Assembly: GCA_964507195.1 (NCBI GenBank)
Contig: CAZDPA010000001.1
Span: forward strand, 19,648 to 83,647
Direction: 5' to 3'
DNA length: 64,000 nt
Source: an uncultured Salinisphaerales bacterium
Lineage (GTDB): Bacteria; Pseudomonadota; Gammaproteobacteria; Nevskiales; Nevskiaceae
In this document: positions 63,832-64,000 of the stretch, in pieces
Numbering within the stretch: the stretch's first letter is position 1
How the letters are laid out: each line of letters starts with the position of its first letter
Translations under genes and position numbers: made by a program
The notes under the pieces: model-generated
What the model was told of the DNA's origin: nothing
Seen by the model: the letters and a program-made list of their open reading frames with translations, nothing else
Database searches by the model: none

Positions 63832-64000
63832 TTGTCAGGCAACCGCTCGACGACGGCGACGAGCTCTTCTCCGGCTTCGATACGCACGCTGCTGTCGACG
63901 AGTGCCGTCCCCCGGAGCTCGCAACGACCGCCGAGATAGCGAGCCAGAAAGACCTCGGCAATAGCCATGAAGGAGAGGCGATTCTGAGACCTGCCAAAGC
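63828..64000 (-). CDS. Prolyl-oligopeptidase-type (S9) alpha/beta hydrolase, C-terminal end (gene enters from the right edge)
   Basis: Not in the ORF track because it is open at the edge. The reverse-strand frame reads FGRSQNRLSFMAIAEVFLARYLGGRCE...VERLPDK-stop, which resembles the C-terminal helix of S9 peptidases. Confidence 0.5.
   Translation of the reverse strand, partial: FGRSQNRLSFMAIAEVFLARYLGGRCELRGTALVDSSVRIEAGEELVAVVERLPDK

Overview
A 64-kb proteobacterial chromosomal window that is mosaic in composition (judged by eye, no GC values computed). (1) 1-10.2 kb is a GC-rich core: partial sensor gene, SnoaL-like, YqhA-like, a lipoprotein, ogt, a TonB-dependent receptor (TBDR), a TetR regulator, a tri-haem CCP-like lipoprotein and an acyl-CoA dehydrogenase. 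(2) About 10.2-40 kb is a less GC-rich catabolic block that begins next to a decayed kbl gene. It holds a second TBDR, an MFS transporter, a TetR regulator, two branched-chain aminotransferases, a GST, and a long reverse-strand operon (YkvI-like transporter, acyl-CoA carboxylase beta and alpha, AtuA-like, acyl-CoA dehydrogenase, 1182-aa indolepyruvate-ferredoxin-oxidoreductase-family enzyme, enoyl-CoA hydratase). It also holds an amidase, leucyl aminopeptidase, alpha/beta hydrolase, quinone oxidoreductase and CN-hydrolase. Five promoter-embedded copies of ACAAGTA-N8-TACTTGT tie four divergent intergenic regions of this block into one apparent regulon. (3) About 40-52.3 kb is the most AT-rich segment, ending at an IS21-family transposase remnant. 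It carries a same-strand six-gene cluster: a Zn-ribbon/TPR/CHAT caspase-like protease, a trypsin-like S1 protease, a LysM-bearing S8 subtilase, and three uncharacterised membrane or secreted proteins. A divergent YaaC-like gene lies beside it. This cluster has no NTPase, nuclease, CRISPR or gasdermin-like gene, and it is the best candidate here for an undescribed conflict or cell-death system. (4) 52.8-64 kb holds an esterase / acyl-CoA ligase / TBDR / TetR / GH5 locus, an alpha/beta hydrolase, a GPH-family symporter and a partial S9 peptidase. No rRNA, intact tRNA or CRISPR array was seen. All family calls come from motif recognition by eye, not database searches.
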